From a virus (taxonomy: Duplodnaviria; Caudoviricetes): 59,666 bases of DNA. This document shows, one piece after another, positions 41,101-45,222 of the stretch (its first letter is position 1; the number at the start of each line of letters is the position of its first letter). A program made the translations under genes and the position numbers. Location: the IMG/VR virus record IMGVR_UViG_3300034152_000748, positions 1-59,666 of that record; one strand, written 5' to 3'. The notes below the pieces were generated by a model, which was given only the letters and a program-made list of their open reading frames with translations, ran no database searches and was not told the origin of the DNA.

Positions 41101-42955
41101 CCCCAAACTTGGACAACGGTTTTTCAACTTCCAATTCATACCTCTCCCCAGGTTTCTTAGGACCAAGAGCTTTATCAGGATACTTATAAATGCTGAATCT
41201 TTCCCTTAATCCAGACAACTTTTCCAAAGCCCCCGCATACGTTAATTTTGAGGGGGAGTCTTTTAAAGACTTGTCCATCTTTTTTAAAGAACTGGCAGTC
41301 GAATCCGCAGCTTTCTTGGTGTTTTCCAAAGATTTCTCGGCCGCGTTAACTTCTTTCTTAAAAGAGTCTATGTCATCTGACATCTGTTTTATTTCTTTGC
41401 TGTATTTAGGAGAGCCTTGCTTGCTTATATTCTCTAAATGAACCACAGACTCTCTAATCTCTTGAATCAATTTAGCCATTAATTTGTCAGAATCCCCAAC
41501 CTTGGACTCAAGTTCGCTCATCGCTTTTCGCAAAGCTTCCAAATCTTTCTCCCCAAACGCCTTTTCTGCCTTTTTGTAAGACTCAAAAACTCCAGGACGA
41601 GCTAAAAGAGAGTGACCGGAAATAGGCTCCCTTCCGAACTGAGAATGGCTTTGATACAGCAGTTTGCTTTTGAACACCTTAGGATCCAATATGGAAAGCT
41701 TTTTCATTTTAGAATCAAGATCTTTAAATCCTTTTTCCAAACTGTCCCCAACTGCTCTTTCTATGCCTTTGACATCAACGTCAACCTTCACTGAAACGTC
41801 AGACAATTCTTTTGTAAACAAATCTAACTTCTTTATAAATAAATCCAAGTCCTTAAACGACTTAGCCTCTCCTTCAATTGGCTTGGGAAGGTTTTTCAAA
41901 CTAGAATTAAGAACCTCTATTCTCTTGGTAAAATTATCCATCCCCGAAATTTCTACTTCCCCAGACTTGGTTTGAGTTTTGATTTCTTTTTGTAAATCTT
42001 TTATGACTTTAGTTAAATCAGTGACGTTTGTTGGCTTTTTTTCCAAACCGGCAACAACCTTTTCCAATTGAGTCCCTTTCAAAGAAGACGCTTCTTTTAT
42101 TGCTGCATGCAACTCTTTAGCCAACAATTTAATGAAACGCTGAGGATCTTCTGCGACCGTCTGTCTAACGCCAGAAACCCTTTCTGTCATGGCTTTCTTA
42201 ACGTCAGTTAGAGCTTTTGACAACTCTCTATATATTTCCTTCTGTTCCCTTGTGGCCTCTTTAGCGGAATCTCTCGCTTGTTTAATTTCACCTGGAAGTC
42301 TTTTGAATTCAGATATTAGGCTTTTTAAATTAGTAAAAAGGGGACCAAGTTCCTTAACGTCCACTCCCCCACCGCTAGTTCTAATCTTTTTCATGGAGTT
42401 GGTCAAAGCAACCATGTTTCTGGCTATGGAAACAACGGTGGACGTGCTTTGGGCCATGTCCCTCGTTACCTTGTCCAAAGATTTTGGCAAAACCCTTTCT
42501 ATAGATCCAGACACGGCTCTCGACAATTCATTTATTTCCTTGTCACTTAAACCAATCCCAGTGGATTTCTCCATCTTTTTACTCAAATCCTTTATAGATC
42601 TCTCTATGGATCTGTTCAAATCAGATAGAGAACTGACTATGGCTTTGTCTGAAAATTTTTGTCCTGGAGCAGGAGCTGATTTAATTATGGATTGAATTGC
42701 TTTTTTTGAAAATTCGTCTGCGAGCCCTCTAGACAACCTGTTGATGTCTTCTCTAGAAATCACAGCGTTTATAGAACTTACGGTTTTACCCAGTTCGTTT
42801 GCTATGGCTTTGCTAAGCTTTGACGCGTCAAAAAGCTTAGACAGGGCTTCTTGAAGAGCTTTACTAAGTCTTTGGACAGAAATAGGCGACTCGCCGCCGC
42901 CGGTAGGTTTGTTTGTGGTAGCTCCGTCTTTAAAGTAAACGTTATGATCAGCCAA
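17114..42955 (-). CDS. Giant polyvalent tape-measure protein (8613 aa): coiled coil + fused beta/beta'-like RNA polymerase + PD-(D/E)XK nuclease + TP901-type tape-measure core + amidoligase + repeat stalk
   Basis: Uninterrupted 25.8-kb ORF, TTG start with GGAGG RBS, canonical position between chaperones and tail-tip genes; domain motifs are listed in the sub-features. Confidence 0.9.
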   Translation of the reverse strand: MADHNVYFKDGATTNKPTGGGESPISVQRLSKALQEALSKLFDASKLSKAIANELGKTVSSINAVISREDINRLSRGLADEFSKKAIQSIIKSAPAPGQKFSDKAIVSSLSDLNRSIERSIKDLSKKMEKSTGIGLSDKEINELSRAVSGSIERVLPKSLDKVTRDMAQSTSTVVSIARNMVALTNSMKKIRTSGGGVDVKELGPLFTNLKSLISEFKRLPGEIKQARDSAKEATREQKEIYRELSKALTDVKKAMTERVSGVRQTVAEDPQRFIKLLAKELHAAIKEASSLKGTQLEKVVAGLEKKPTNVTDLTKVIKDLQKEIKTQTKSGEVEISGMDNFTKRIEVLNSSLKNLPKPIEGEAKSFKDLDLFIKKLDLFTKELSDVSVKVDVDVKGIERAVGDSLEKGFKDLDSKMKKLSILDPKVFKSKLLYQSHSQFGREPISGHSLLARPGVFESYKKAEKAFGEKDLEALRKAMSELESKVGDSDKLMAKLIQEIRESVVHLENISKQGSPKYSKEIKQMSDDIDSFKKEVNAAEKSLENTKKAADSTASSLKKMDKSLKDSPSKLTYAGALEKLSGLRERFSIYKYPDKALGPKKPGERYELEVEKPLSKFGAKAFKSVEDNITELSNSLYKLQRTMIDKMEKELSSGWKIVRESSKQPIEEYFKLASGANLKTSGKQWSFEIADVAGLRSVLGQKATRGQSTAELVRLFKEEKKAEKLRQVRGQELRVEEIAGWVKAAHKENIGRIFGKERAQEVIKLRQKHPASVPSKEMVNELNKILSDSYDEITRVFKETIGEKYALDKLMGGKDPLLRKIAIPAARLTSTGASVFETSTGSQRALQKFVTFESGLEKMFKKLGTLTKDFTEEGTVSLAAKYGAGIRDVGYRPDPGATKQAEDLSRDMIKNIVKFGGREFVAKGYKAAAVSKGAQLEKAGITSLEDFKKGVDEVYKTLQNIDNKSIDEFMKRMAEAGLSAYDVAKALDSLKFENVYDVLEKVMTSPIGKAKQGVLGSVAKRPGFQSNIREYERAVRQIEQILPLIERGRPRRGVHQESVAQVLMKSVPGIYGRGVLRGQPELQAQTDPQTQVRLIKDINFRLNEIMSEVKVLESKGTKEALSRLEEIGVPERIRTVSTLGLPESASEVVSLRPGVGMAKEGTEYLRTLQADTLKMYTENLRELAPFGTEFQNVGRNISNVTNALSSGEDDINDAFKRFGVDLGKVTTDFPSLRTERERGMIAGGRYGAGGYGFNVLAELRSTANTFEDQVLISGRLADALTSITKKLILPSKGGRVEGAPRAGISEVEPKLLRDVEQSVMDAAAEIQNVLGVSKEYKGRADKALISDVTKAISVVRSADVEVQAARLAEVFMNYFGRKVTTRYGAKGVGVTPTLPRGARDVLQYYEEDKKFKVLAPEEAQKAGLGTAIMPKTLGELASELIEEKSKGLTKYSGLVSNRNLQKNLLESGNKFMLSMFKDVDKGVVVADEAIQQQKLFKRVVDKMKELYGTDLSDDIEGVKQLKDLYKKELGKQAELYKEMPIDVQISSYGVGKRGLQTEVLESVLANIAGVGAKEFRGKEISGATTLKTKFGEDIYRSLLGKKGEKGKLSEYAAVLGYESAFTGTDEDIRKAKNIVEERFGKKALELEELSNYYVDVLERTLTKEGPGVKKRKGLVGTKFLQVIEEPHLYADWSKREIEKGIKGEKLNIPAYAAYASIFGEKAPIMEEIRSAPGGADVREHLEYIKALQSMNEQAGEFRKRLFETVPTKELSSIAEFDQTVGAFEDLQDTLLDMSAHPEAFKVMIPSVADPTKKEPLYVPGAAARGKYEEEIIGGEYGPTIPTRRLMNVISSAKKVEEIGRGMSEIVKEVEDLEMAISRLDDSQDEFVKAGLEKRLEELNTILEESYGGTSMEKLREDIASAVKGMVGRANALKREGGDVREVIGIVEKLKPFLSVEKGTMPPGYRTTGLTPAAEYSQVEHIEAFLGQQLKVKSQVEAHADVVGRIADVLIGSGKESRKELDEMKEAEKFIKRGEYDQDVVEKFASRQGLDKRSEEFANRLRKHIKRSEDKFKKATPLIESFSRKQLYELVKEADLDTVATQENAFERALAQFARAKVDYYETIAEKVLGKSGSIAQVLFSRKIPAVMGKAITASVDKTEDLKKFSESLKDIYGGFEDLDEELGLQDLLDVSKKISDINEEHAKNVKKYKKMGLPVLKQTELGIPKEFAEKIPVTYTEKYRRDKEEFNVLGGETFRVPKTVRKKAVTKEGSLYDMLKYMDDIVRSSLSKETDPAIRDEVKKHVKEDLVPYIETVRYPFTGISSVQPFEPKLIGGKKGAKDFGKYSIAVPGIPELDLEAFDKEIERARSVVEKLSERREALGDTEEGAAKREKLNNLIDELNTAISNVLPKYLSHEQKLDFDGDAIEVHAAKTAEARKNIEQHFNSLAEDIDSTRAVFRDVFTYGAAKSMSKARGEFPLAEMSAAFEKKFASEKGYEFLKKPFFTEKLEYLKPGEQLEILAGEGGDVQGELENIVRSVVKGDEDEKKFLEVINASIDKTASGLMDSIKDLKGIGLVKERIRGRLSEEKQSEFLAAQLFKIHTGQETEALYRINRLAEMITGFAGGQIAPDAESRAVESFKKKYPRELNIFGSKGPEFEFQTMMNELLRFGLQKGMDVKHAGAAPVAGKIAGVLAKGPEAAGEFYESIMVEKDYEDLKEFVEANQIAVKRRLGKMKTKDIRGELTKISEARGLPTSDIGIEPREKLIKRAVEMVGFKSFLKELAVTIQEQAVEGLIGELEGLPPKVRRERTRGATDLRRYAEGRIKWEQENLPGGINIRRHVFGQMQPLYGKRAWGATPKSQLEALSRRLGEEEGKMTGGIKAPVGYKFGTGKEKEYLRKYREAQATSSEILRDFSTITEKPRLGAYSELLSSSIENLYKDQEKAAKIVEETSKPEGRRAFEESIVGAMDAAGVLSEKFDERKMKNMRKEISELSDFAGIPPMTDIESFNIEEKFGERFKNQIAQAMGPLVEGASEAEREDYVNKLEKYTEVWVEKQKALAQLDKVIKALVSRGGEGMVLRSILPSKEATESILEGPAEIKKRRAAADFAGGPLDQRRLSKAQEILSKRAEADGVSAAKEAVDKATLSVASGECVPVVNCGGKPLLVEIVGGLENLPRFDFGQGSTVANVLKEYSNQTKGAVDKEAEYLKGMAEKISGSKVVGETFESKFRASAISGGGIYRQKGGIFGKGFTDVGKLKVSQVQSIMEKMLGLGEITSPKLEAEAMLGTALHSSIQKGLKKRLGKSVDVETPVSYEDSVAKTITGHIDLVFRDTEDQIERVSDIKTVSGRMVDEIGEGIKGLSEVMDRELSSYTRQKLEETISQVNFYMKALASEKEMDPSSLTGEIRFYDKLKKEKKPAVVRFGFSEERFDKDIDAIREARRLIQEYLVENNPLKDADKKYKSALGTLKRRLAGREIDYATTSNVTGGAGIEGVSHKELDEFVERARSYLTEKKYDKKVVQSFASGSYRDVFGDPTPRRKSAAGAVGGGAAGGGGLGGFEDPRMFTGGDLDAIFENLRTLHIAAKQWQVAIEGLNVDKMADEIKEVLSSIKSTGKPTGTEFIKVLEKLDQEGKLIHKENIEAWKAYRIALGDFYVEQLKNARKQVDELESLEDRTEAYSKFKSGIKDFQDRIMNTLGKPTDIYTTTATMAGGKGFISPELAKGAGVYMSPEEISKQAEGIIDSEKLREIFKSITTDTKTAPILKARDALAGLANMNEELIEVYSNADLVARKGAELQDIWDFTTLIPGVVQLRTALEKYLRFNVREDFTVAHRKNLEDVLAYLRQIERTYSKLGEPKEGKSREWGDIGTVKVLPWLTPKTQQALHQRNISRIREYFVKGEAEGGSKVGERFTYTTKILDQMGNVVKNVATDFHKYGEYVNKAGEETGAFSEKQRDLVKYMQVGNRSFRSAIRRVVLWGAAARLVYGGVSNLQDMIGTIGDVEMAMANLRQVMSPLETNFDVLQKSAIEFAKTYGVAITDVLRGMRIFAQQGLKQEEVIDRTKTATLAANVTTLNAKEATEALTAAMKVFRQEGESSVKFMDAWSEVEAKHAITSGDMANALKKAASAGKNAGFTFDELNGVIAAIGSVTRQSGKEVGTSLRFIFRRLSSEKGPKELAKIGIPVMSEEGELRRGYEILQDLSMAWKDLTNAQKMSLAQAIGGTRQYNQLLVLMDNWEEATVAVRDSINSKGSAERRNLEVMKTYQKQLEQTKQSAIELQIEFGKVYLPIAKFGLKTMKGFLETISAIPTSVKAGAVGLGLLVTYIAKGDKLITSFSESLGKGTGLIKDLFDSFKTGTKLAGYEVFGKGAGKEFEGLKKITEGKNLKDFHSALGKTAYLAAEAGRAYNEFVSDVFLGGERLGKSIAKPFNKLGEGLSSLDDLATIYKGQEFAKAVPGILKGPKPLVGLLKGAGGVASMAALEAPAFISKGIGKSIDVVSEQIGGRFGEMFKDMASENTGFIKSIAPLGLTLAALVPVFKSLYDYYGKLSRTAQDYEKSVYGVRRANESELSTIRELIGEYEGLDRRLEDIRKASKPEVKARRQELGTYESPLLTLPKLQEDALDLTNKLAEANINLIAGYDNLGNAILKTTGDFKEYLKTLENLKVKEMAATEVEVLDKYVKDLTEIAGPEKWKYELRSLLKEAPVFGNLLSKGINVAPAKALEEVTGRLNDLTAMKNKFPITTAFDKDIVEYQKRLKEVRTGYMKTYGDFKRVLSDIPTEGLGRDAIANIFGREELRKGYELMLEIEPRLQIKGIKGKAKPEDVLGAEVLKRVFPEGAAVIDVTSELTKARLETAGAKPRVGKALSGDIVTFVDDIAKEYDMAGKQAIVSLKETTDGVFEWVATYFNTKTLRIEERPFDEDMRKMVDAIFPMRAIQEDLSDRMEVFNEFLAGAAAGLRGISAKDFKRDFSLGERFFSEIPTTTLLQGEKGFVPGSGFGVSPFQKEWKKTTEQYFLKPMRDYSRKAEQLTKLRYEGLEEGGRATIATGLYEELERLQEILKNNQVVLQYRAVFVDLMKTMEQGTRVVKENLAVEKSRVQLEKEVSGYMKGVTKGLDNLDLGVQKFSDLTAPQRLLRGGGEYLERATRQRQLEIQQRGRQEDVYAIDRALVAVQSIADVSKGFGATLSPEDMKRYTEVVAKTGDSGAAEIVLETSKVRENTAATVERLDRILENIGDPDAVEEAMSSFSDRLGSGLGALFGGPQKTVSALERLAEERDKYSDKGDREAVITLNKAIDALSKNLVQQVGLRKGMEMIEDNFQLFGRSFTKGEFAQRAFGDVGFKDFYDKMEDMPTRKWNWRTMDFETSPFKDIKELSKLRKLQEEDNENQFISSKNLIKTSASIAAFEQFNKSHSNKVLDELQTQRTSKLSDIEDAVREGRDVGGLRKELESIDKSIASETKKEEFHSLIRNTAALSAAIMEFAKAVGASEGQIKAFGGATVATAVAMEALARITGQEVPESLRNLKEAATKAGSKYVKGGDVSLGEKIDVKSAMSDFEEYLKKIKEEKGFAGGGLVRGPGGPTSDSVNIDASKGEFVVKASSVRGIGTGPLDYINKHGKLPMYQHGGPVEEEKLRAKQILYGKSYGDRFKKAAKYTGIGLLGGTAAALAPGSVLGIAGLATAAGASLTPAVKPWFGEGSEKLSFGQKIYESIIGSIFGFFRPAIPFLQHGGLIMPPKAPGTDVPAEDFLKDITEYLIEKHSSEELKKFKEKYGKYGRQKEHGEKDNIPIRVSDGEYIVSQPKAKKVGYGNLEYINKHGELPGFQHGGVVGGATGGEQPPVGNVTVDLSKSSIDRLSQVLVAYLTATAAGYVAGKSDQRTRLSTLEGRARDQARIFEDIIKKYPEAAERVIRDMRDKSEILDDVATLSVPTETRSLVIDTEREREKIFRSMEEIREKTIKEHEKIAEEMGKNAEKLASMRMAEEFRMELEQMEKELRRIDFGYDIKESINKLDLRDGLNKLSTYIGTETAGLFAGKRRPASVDFGVRSELDMTPEEYLAHRNAYFYKKGTAGESWTPWAEGRVEGSKVLKDLVKTFTFQKLGSVSGGLGPGQVGYYVEPFLKNIERMESKREYLTSKYRDIESERQELKRNMGFFEELQGGPRAERLEQLEKASEETAEEIRKLGEETKKAKDAIEAPLAVAEIELAQKRAESQFKIRRGGEILAEKTVYGRGMYSAGIPNVEYGANAPRLRDLTASQLIKMRHADQFKGDVFDDINQISIRQVGTVKTREEGVPVSDFSGPLKALKDYENALAEQEFIINQIKTKGEVLIEEETKAGGKDTARVKEYRKDYNEYTSESSSRLKELSETLKETAVEAQKAKNEMEKVKAEYIESRNIMMSIRSLKFNREFENIPAVFNKSLRGMNREVQFAPFGFRQMSAQQLAFSKGGDTYKRLGQEYDKLRIKYDAYLATMRVAQDNIDRLEEELDGLNEAAVKDEAEIGRVTEAMKGQEEIYSSAEARAIKARDSLSSMNAVIGSLVSTVDVFQDHAKRFFDIDMSNFVEGMEGVSAARERMSKVFGGGHPAAAVSVSPMEELLAKEAGIDLTHMRSNKYDVMRAEYERQLQFGNLSPEEYFRTEQKLRFLPELQRREEQAYYQQRENRDMEQKRSGYEQTIARFVSAQADIEEQMGAGVKEVVLGKGTGREERIELKQIHEGLSQIIASYDRGLKSFGETVSQSERLREIDTRLASAEKGSLEERELKQERERVLESSGSDFYSAKALDAAEQEAKKLLNSLLSVNKENKAELMEKLSFAEKTVPQELANQTKVLEKIEANTRGTVEKAWDWFSNPKPGGWRDWTGKNSGGRVYGPGGPRDDRILARISPEEYIIKASSAKKIGYDALDYMNERGTVPGFREGGVFGRVSSVLGESADFWKKKRLGIADWIWSGDPPKGILDRSKQALKSAVGTWAMGATSIPDIGLRMIKYPVDALSMIEKLSDLQAKGKLGETAKQTLAGVSSVLRDLDLDDIKNIGEGVLGSLKEELATGGTNITAGLLSTLTPGAVFAKNRPTNELKNILKIYKKKPKKKATESEKEAHLKFLRDLYGEDNIYDAYSVVDSQYLQEYGYLLHAVLRPKTYDPKKFRSLGVELEGFADPDLAWIRLQKSRTINAKSLPGGWPRGYDPKKFRSLGLEEMLTHLMKKKKARGSVTTDMSIQPDYIDQKPFEVKLGPFFNEEELSPSLKFVELMKKLGARTNFSTGMHMHFGIDDLSEKQLINVVKNYGKAEDIFDLLVTKERRGNLNKYAKSMRDVKKKKEVRSLSGLILDEVDYTLGDRYKKVNAKSIIKHGTLEFRHPSGTLDYEDVQAWSGLLQKFIDKSVSGAKAGKPSYFSKLIGKKSINISNLPDFLDSLDIQKDSDLYKNIFGLLSKNFYAAPRYQEGGFIGSLFPNFGEGGAVDKEREAWKNIEKFIRTKQIRNRQAKEGSSAEKALIGSPNLFGLYGAIKSITPIGPIEDALTYGVHDETGSVDEGIANRLSLSLIGTSLGVGSKGFSLAKKAGKYFKRSPKKNVYDEIYDEATEEYLKQPRPLYGKLLKEGPSYEELYRSAMKPLPTFEEVQRQAMIEGLKSVKKPPVDVFKLLKLKPQDFMYSEGGRPKVLGETIPGTYYSATDRMLHQSRGEAKTLIDELSQRLREGKYSDVEESLRISKKIERYKKYLSKVNRVLGEIDQGAVPLPWADKKLFRDYRELLFDYTGGTVSRIIKQGQTKPVGSLNIMSAYMSQQRAKAYDTEIKKDPDMKAFMRDIPMFQQGTSYVPEDMLAMLHEGEAVIPADTWRKMGTVLKDELPGFKDGGWATHVSPRWGEGVGVHTSGGIGDLKRSLEELKRKEKERADEERRKLEELKSSRVSGITDEMVAIGNKRLKEMYGPGDQISSGFKNIQMEVSRIAAGTAAGIDKSSGAGGYYDASGRKVTEDYYKGMIGRGVSFHPSSRTGSNALKNAKPGEILAQEQGISIWSPTEEERARSAIGWEYKGPKEFSNLPKKEGDEGLGEQLESQGGTASSFAKNLVEAGNALKEALAGGGVDAFKKAIENFKDYVQNLSWPEVKINKEDLNKKISVEFDENAKNIPEKIEIKGAEGLPKDGKIVIDNVGDLPKSITIEGVDKLKPIKIENLDELKGMKLSVDVGDAKVPVNVGGASVPVELGNVKVPVDPAGAVVGVDVAGVKVPVDIGTERIPVDTTGAKVTVDTTGASVPVDVAGAKVGVDTSGAKVGVDVSGVSVPVDIGSATIPVDTGGVKVGVDVAGVKVGVDSAGVTVPVDTAGATVKVDVSGVSVPVDIGSATIPVDVAGAKVGVDTTGAMVGVDPTGITVPVEAGGVKVGVDVTGVSVPVDIGSATIPVDVAGAKVGVDTSGAKVGVDVREVKVPVDVGGAYVTVRTEGVKIPVDVSGLSIPVDASGVTVSVDASGVKIPVDTSIPVPVDTTKQVPIDTSGIEQKIAEAMKSAISSALADSNGGSVGAQRLDTLEELVGKVNDQIISLKYNMDEKVKNVSEQTVSKSLLDRTLNEKFNDSYSVVKKEIQDVRSDVRNVNDSLELTKQHLQILIRNVEDDVKIVKNFSMTRM
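17510..18435 (-). repeat. About 30 degenerate 27-bp (9-aa, V[PG]VD.xG..) tandem repeats in the C-terminus of the giant protein
   Basis: VPVDVAGAK/VGVDTSGAK/VGVDVSGVS/VPVDIGSAT units; 17751-17827 recurs at 17913-17989 with one mismatch (offset 162 = 6x27). Confidence 0.9.
20830..21560 (-). other. Amidoligase (COOH-NH2 ligase) domain inside the giant ORF
   Basis: LGVELEG, TTDMSI, FEVK, STGMHMHFG, DRYKKVN...KHGTLEFRHPSGTLD in the order expected for the Amidoligase_2 family. Confidence 0.8.
21401..21563. repeat. 31-bp perfect direct repeat (21401-21431 and 21533-21563)
   Basis: ccctaaagatctaaatttcttaggatcatat occurs twice, 132 bp apart, encoding YDPKKFRSLG both times. Confidence 0.9.
30050..31070 (-). 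other. TP901-family tape-measure core domain inside the giant ORF
   Basis: AMANLRQVM...LQKSAIEFAKTYG...FAQQG...ATEALTAAM...SGKEVGTSLRFIFRRL...AIGGTRQYNQLLVLMDNW...GSAERRNLEVMKT. Confidence 0.85.
32620..33270 (-). other. Cas4/RecB-like PD-(D/E)XK nuclease domain inside the giant ORF
   Basis: RASAI, LGTALHSSIQ, VETPV, ITGHIDLV, SDIKT, QVNFYM in canonical order. Confidence 0.8.
34900..39250 (-). other. Fused beta+beta'-like double-psi-barrel RNA polymerase region inside the giant ORF
   Basis: NTFEDQVLIS (39137-39166), GRKVTTRYGAKGV (~38792-38830), PIDVQISSYGVGKRG (~38294-38340), GKSGSIAQVLFSRK (~36530-36574), ELGIPKEFA, VRYPFTGISSVQPFEP (~35972-36019), DFDGD (35690-35704). Confidence 0.85.
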
Positions 42956-43008
42956 AATAAATGTCCTCCAAGATTAATTAAAAAAAACACAGAGATAGAT
43001 AAAAAACT

Positions 43009-44040
43009 TTATTTCCTGACCCGTCTAACCCTCTTCCTTACATCAGCTCTATCTTTAATTAACCCCGATTCTTTCGGCTTATCATATTCTATGTCTTGAT
43101 ACAACTCATTGGACTGAGTGACAATCACTTCTTCGCTATCAAAAGCTGACAACTTGCCGCTTCTTGAAGCTTTGCTTCTCTTAGCCGCCGCCTCTCTATT
43201 CCTTTCCTCATAATAGCCCTTCATGTAAGCGTCAAGGGCTTCATCGTCTTCAATGATTAAATCTGACGGCTTGTCTTCAGGAAGCATTTCATACACGTTT
43301 TGATAGAAATTCGACCAATAAGCCAAATTCAACATGTCATTAGTGTATTCAGATGTAGGAACCCCAAAAAGTTTTTCCGACGTCTTTTGGCTAGTGATGA
43401 ACCTTATTCTCCATAAGGTGCTTCTAGCTATGTATCTAATGATCTCTGTGTCTATCCCTCTGTAAAAATCAGAAAAATTAGACAAAATTATAGATCTTTT
43501 CAACGTGTCTTTTTCATTCAAAAAATCTTTGTACGTGTCCCAAAACAATTTAGAAGAATAAATGCAATCGTCTTCATAAGAATAAGTGGAAGCCCAACAC
43601 AAAAACAACTGTCTAACTTCTTCGGCTTTGGTTTCAGCAGACAGCGCCAATTTAGAATACTTCTTGTTCTCAATTTTGGCTATGTCTTCAGTCAAATCTC
43701 TTATTACCGTCTTAATTCTGTCTATGTTGGCTTTTACCTTTTTGGTTTTAGACAAAAGCAACTGTTGGGCTTCCAGCTGTGATTTTAACTTTCCAAGTTT
43801 AAACTTCTCTTCTTCACTTATTAAACTTCTCTCTTCTATCAACTTCTCTATGTCTCTTATAGACAACAACCCTTCGTCTATCGCTTTTTTGTAAGTTTCA
43901 GAATATACGTAACCTGACTTCAATTTTACTTCGTTGTCAGGCTGTATGAATACAACGCTAATGTCTCCTTGTTTAAATATTTTTTTCCCAAGAAATATAA
44001 AATTCAAATACTCTTCCACTTCATTTATAGTAAGATCCAT
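43009..44040 (-). CDS. Probable tail assembly chaperone (second gene, upstream of tape measure)
   Basis: Position between tube and tape measure; helical, charged; C-terminal YQNVYEMLPEDKPSDLIIEDDEALDAY. The ORF is open to TTG 44052. Confidence 0.5.
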   Translation of the reverse strand: MDLTINEVEEYLNFIFLGKKIFKQGDISVVFIQPDNEVKLKSGYVYSETYKKAIDEGLLSIRDIEKLIEERSLISEEEKFKLGKLKSQLEAQQLLLSKTKKVKANIDRIKTVIRDLTEDIAKIENKKYSKLALSAETKAEEVRQLFLCWASTYSYEDDCIYSSKLFWDTYKDFLNEKDTLKRSIILSNFSDFYRGIDTEIIRYIARSTLWRIRFITSQKTSEKLFGVPTSEYTNDMLNLAYWSNFYQNVYEMLPEDKPSDLIIEDDEALDAYMKGYYEERNREAAAKRSKASRSGKLSAFDSEEVIVTQSNELYQDIEYDKPKESGLIKDRADVRKRVRRVRK

Positions 44041-44059
44041 TTCACTGCCCAATCAAAGT

Positions 44060-44869
44060 TTATTTTTTAGGTTTTGTCGTCTTTTTTCTAGAACCTTTCT
44101 TTTTCTTAGGCTTTTCTTCCTTATCTTCTTTACCCTCTTCTTTAGCCTCAATTTCTTCAACGAACTTTTCCTCTTCTTCCATAGCCTGAGCGGCACGCAC
44201 AACCTCTTCCGCTTTAGACATAACGTCGTCTTCTATCTCTTTCAGCGCCAACGCTTCAGGAGTTTTTTCGAGGAAATCAGAATCAAGACCTTGCAGATAA
44301 ATCATAACTTCAAATCTGGATCTCGAAGCCAGCTGAGTGTTTTTCTCCATAAGAAAAGAATCATAAGAATCCCAAACCCTTCTGGATCCATCTTTGTCTT
44401 CATTGTCTTTCTCTATCATGGCGGAAGTGAGATACTCAAGACGGGCGTCGTCAGCAATTTGCTCACAAGTGTTGTTCATAGGACCATTAAGTCTCTGATT
44501 CCAAGTAAACAACTCTTCCCTAGCCCGAGCAACTTCAACAGCAAGTTCTCTCTTCTCTTCTAAAGAATCCGCATTTTCAAGAGCCAATATTTTCTCGTTC
44601 AAAACGTTTGAAAGCTCCGCGGATCTTTCCTCAAACTCTGGACCTATGATGCCTCTTCTTCTGAGTATGTCCATCATCTCAGCGCTTGTCGTTATTCCTT
44701 CCACAAGGCTTTTCGTATAGGTCTTACTATAAATCCAATCGGCTCCCCTAATGTCTTCTGCAGTAGGAACGTTTATGTAATAAACTGTTTCTCCATCCGG
44801 TCCAATAAAATTCCTTCTTAAATCTTCTTTTGTTTCCTTGTTTTCCATTTTAATTTCCTCCTTTACCAT
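44060..44869 (-). CDS. Probable tail assembly chaperone (first gene)
   Basis: Position; helical acidic protein with Lys-rich tail; weak resemblance to the 43009 ORF (Y...TY.K...EG..., W..Y..FL.EK). The true start may be the second Met (AAGGAGG RBS). Confidence 0.5.
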   Translation of the reverse strand: MVKEEIKMENKETKEDLRRNFIGPDGETVYYINVPTAEDIRGADWIYSKTYTKSLVEGITTSAEMMDILRRRGIIGPEFEERSAELSNVLNEKILALENADSLEEKRELAVEVARAREELFTWNQRLNGPMNNTCEQIADDARLEYLTSAMIEKDNEDKDGSRRVWDSYDSFLMEKNTQLASRSRFEVMIYLQGLDSDFLEKTPEALALKEIEDDVMSKAEEVVRAAQAMEEEEKFVEEIEAKEEGKEDKEEKPKKKKGSRKKTTKPKK

Positions 44870-44877
44870 AAATCCGC

Positions 44878-45129
44878 TTATTTAGAAGAACGCCTGACTT
44901 CTATAAGCTCTTCACCAACCGATTTGTATTTTACTTCATAATGATCGATGTCTTTTTTCAACTGTCTTATACAATCGTTTCCAAGCCCCAAAATTTTTGA
45001 CCTCATGGCTTTGTAAGATTCCTTGGTGGGGCATATCACCTCAACGAAATCCAATATTTTTTGAAACAAATTTGTAACCCTGTTGTCTGTAGTCCTCTTC
45101 AATTTTTCCCTAGATTTATCTTCATCCAT
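44878..45129 (-). CDS. Hypothetical protein (MDEDKSREK..., 83 aa)
   Basis: Start re-called at ATG 45129 behind AAGGAGG. Confidence 0.6.
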   Translation of the reverse strand: MDEDKSREKLKRTTDNRVTNLFQKILDFVEVICPTKESYKAMRSKILGLGNDCIRQLKKDIDHYEVKYKSVGEELIEVRRSSK

Positions 45130-45222
45130 GACCTTTATTCCTCCTTTTGCCTTCAAACAATTGCAAATAAGTGGGAAGCGTTTAAAGCTCCCCACTTATT
45201 CGCTTCAATCAACCTATATGAA

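Noticed and set aside
43009-44869. Programmed frameshift between the tail chaperone genes
   Set aside because: The genes are separate and each has its own start codon; I did not identify a convincing slippery heptamer at the junction.
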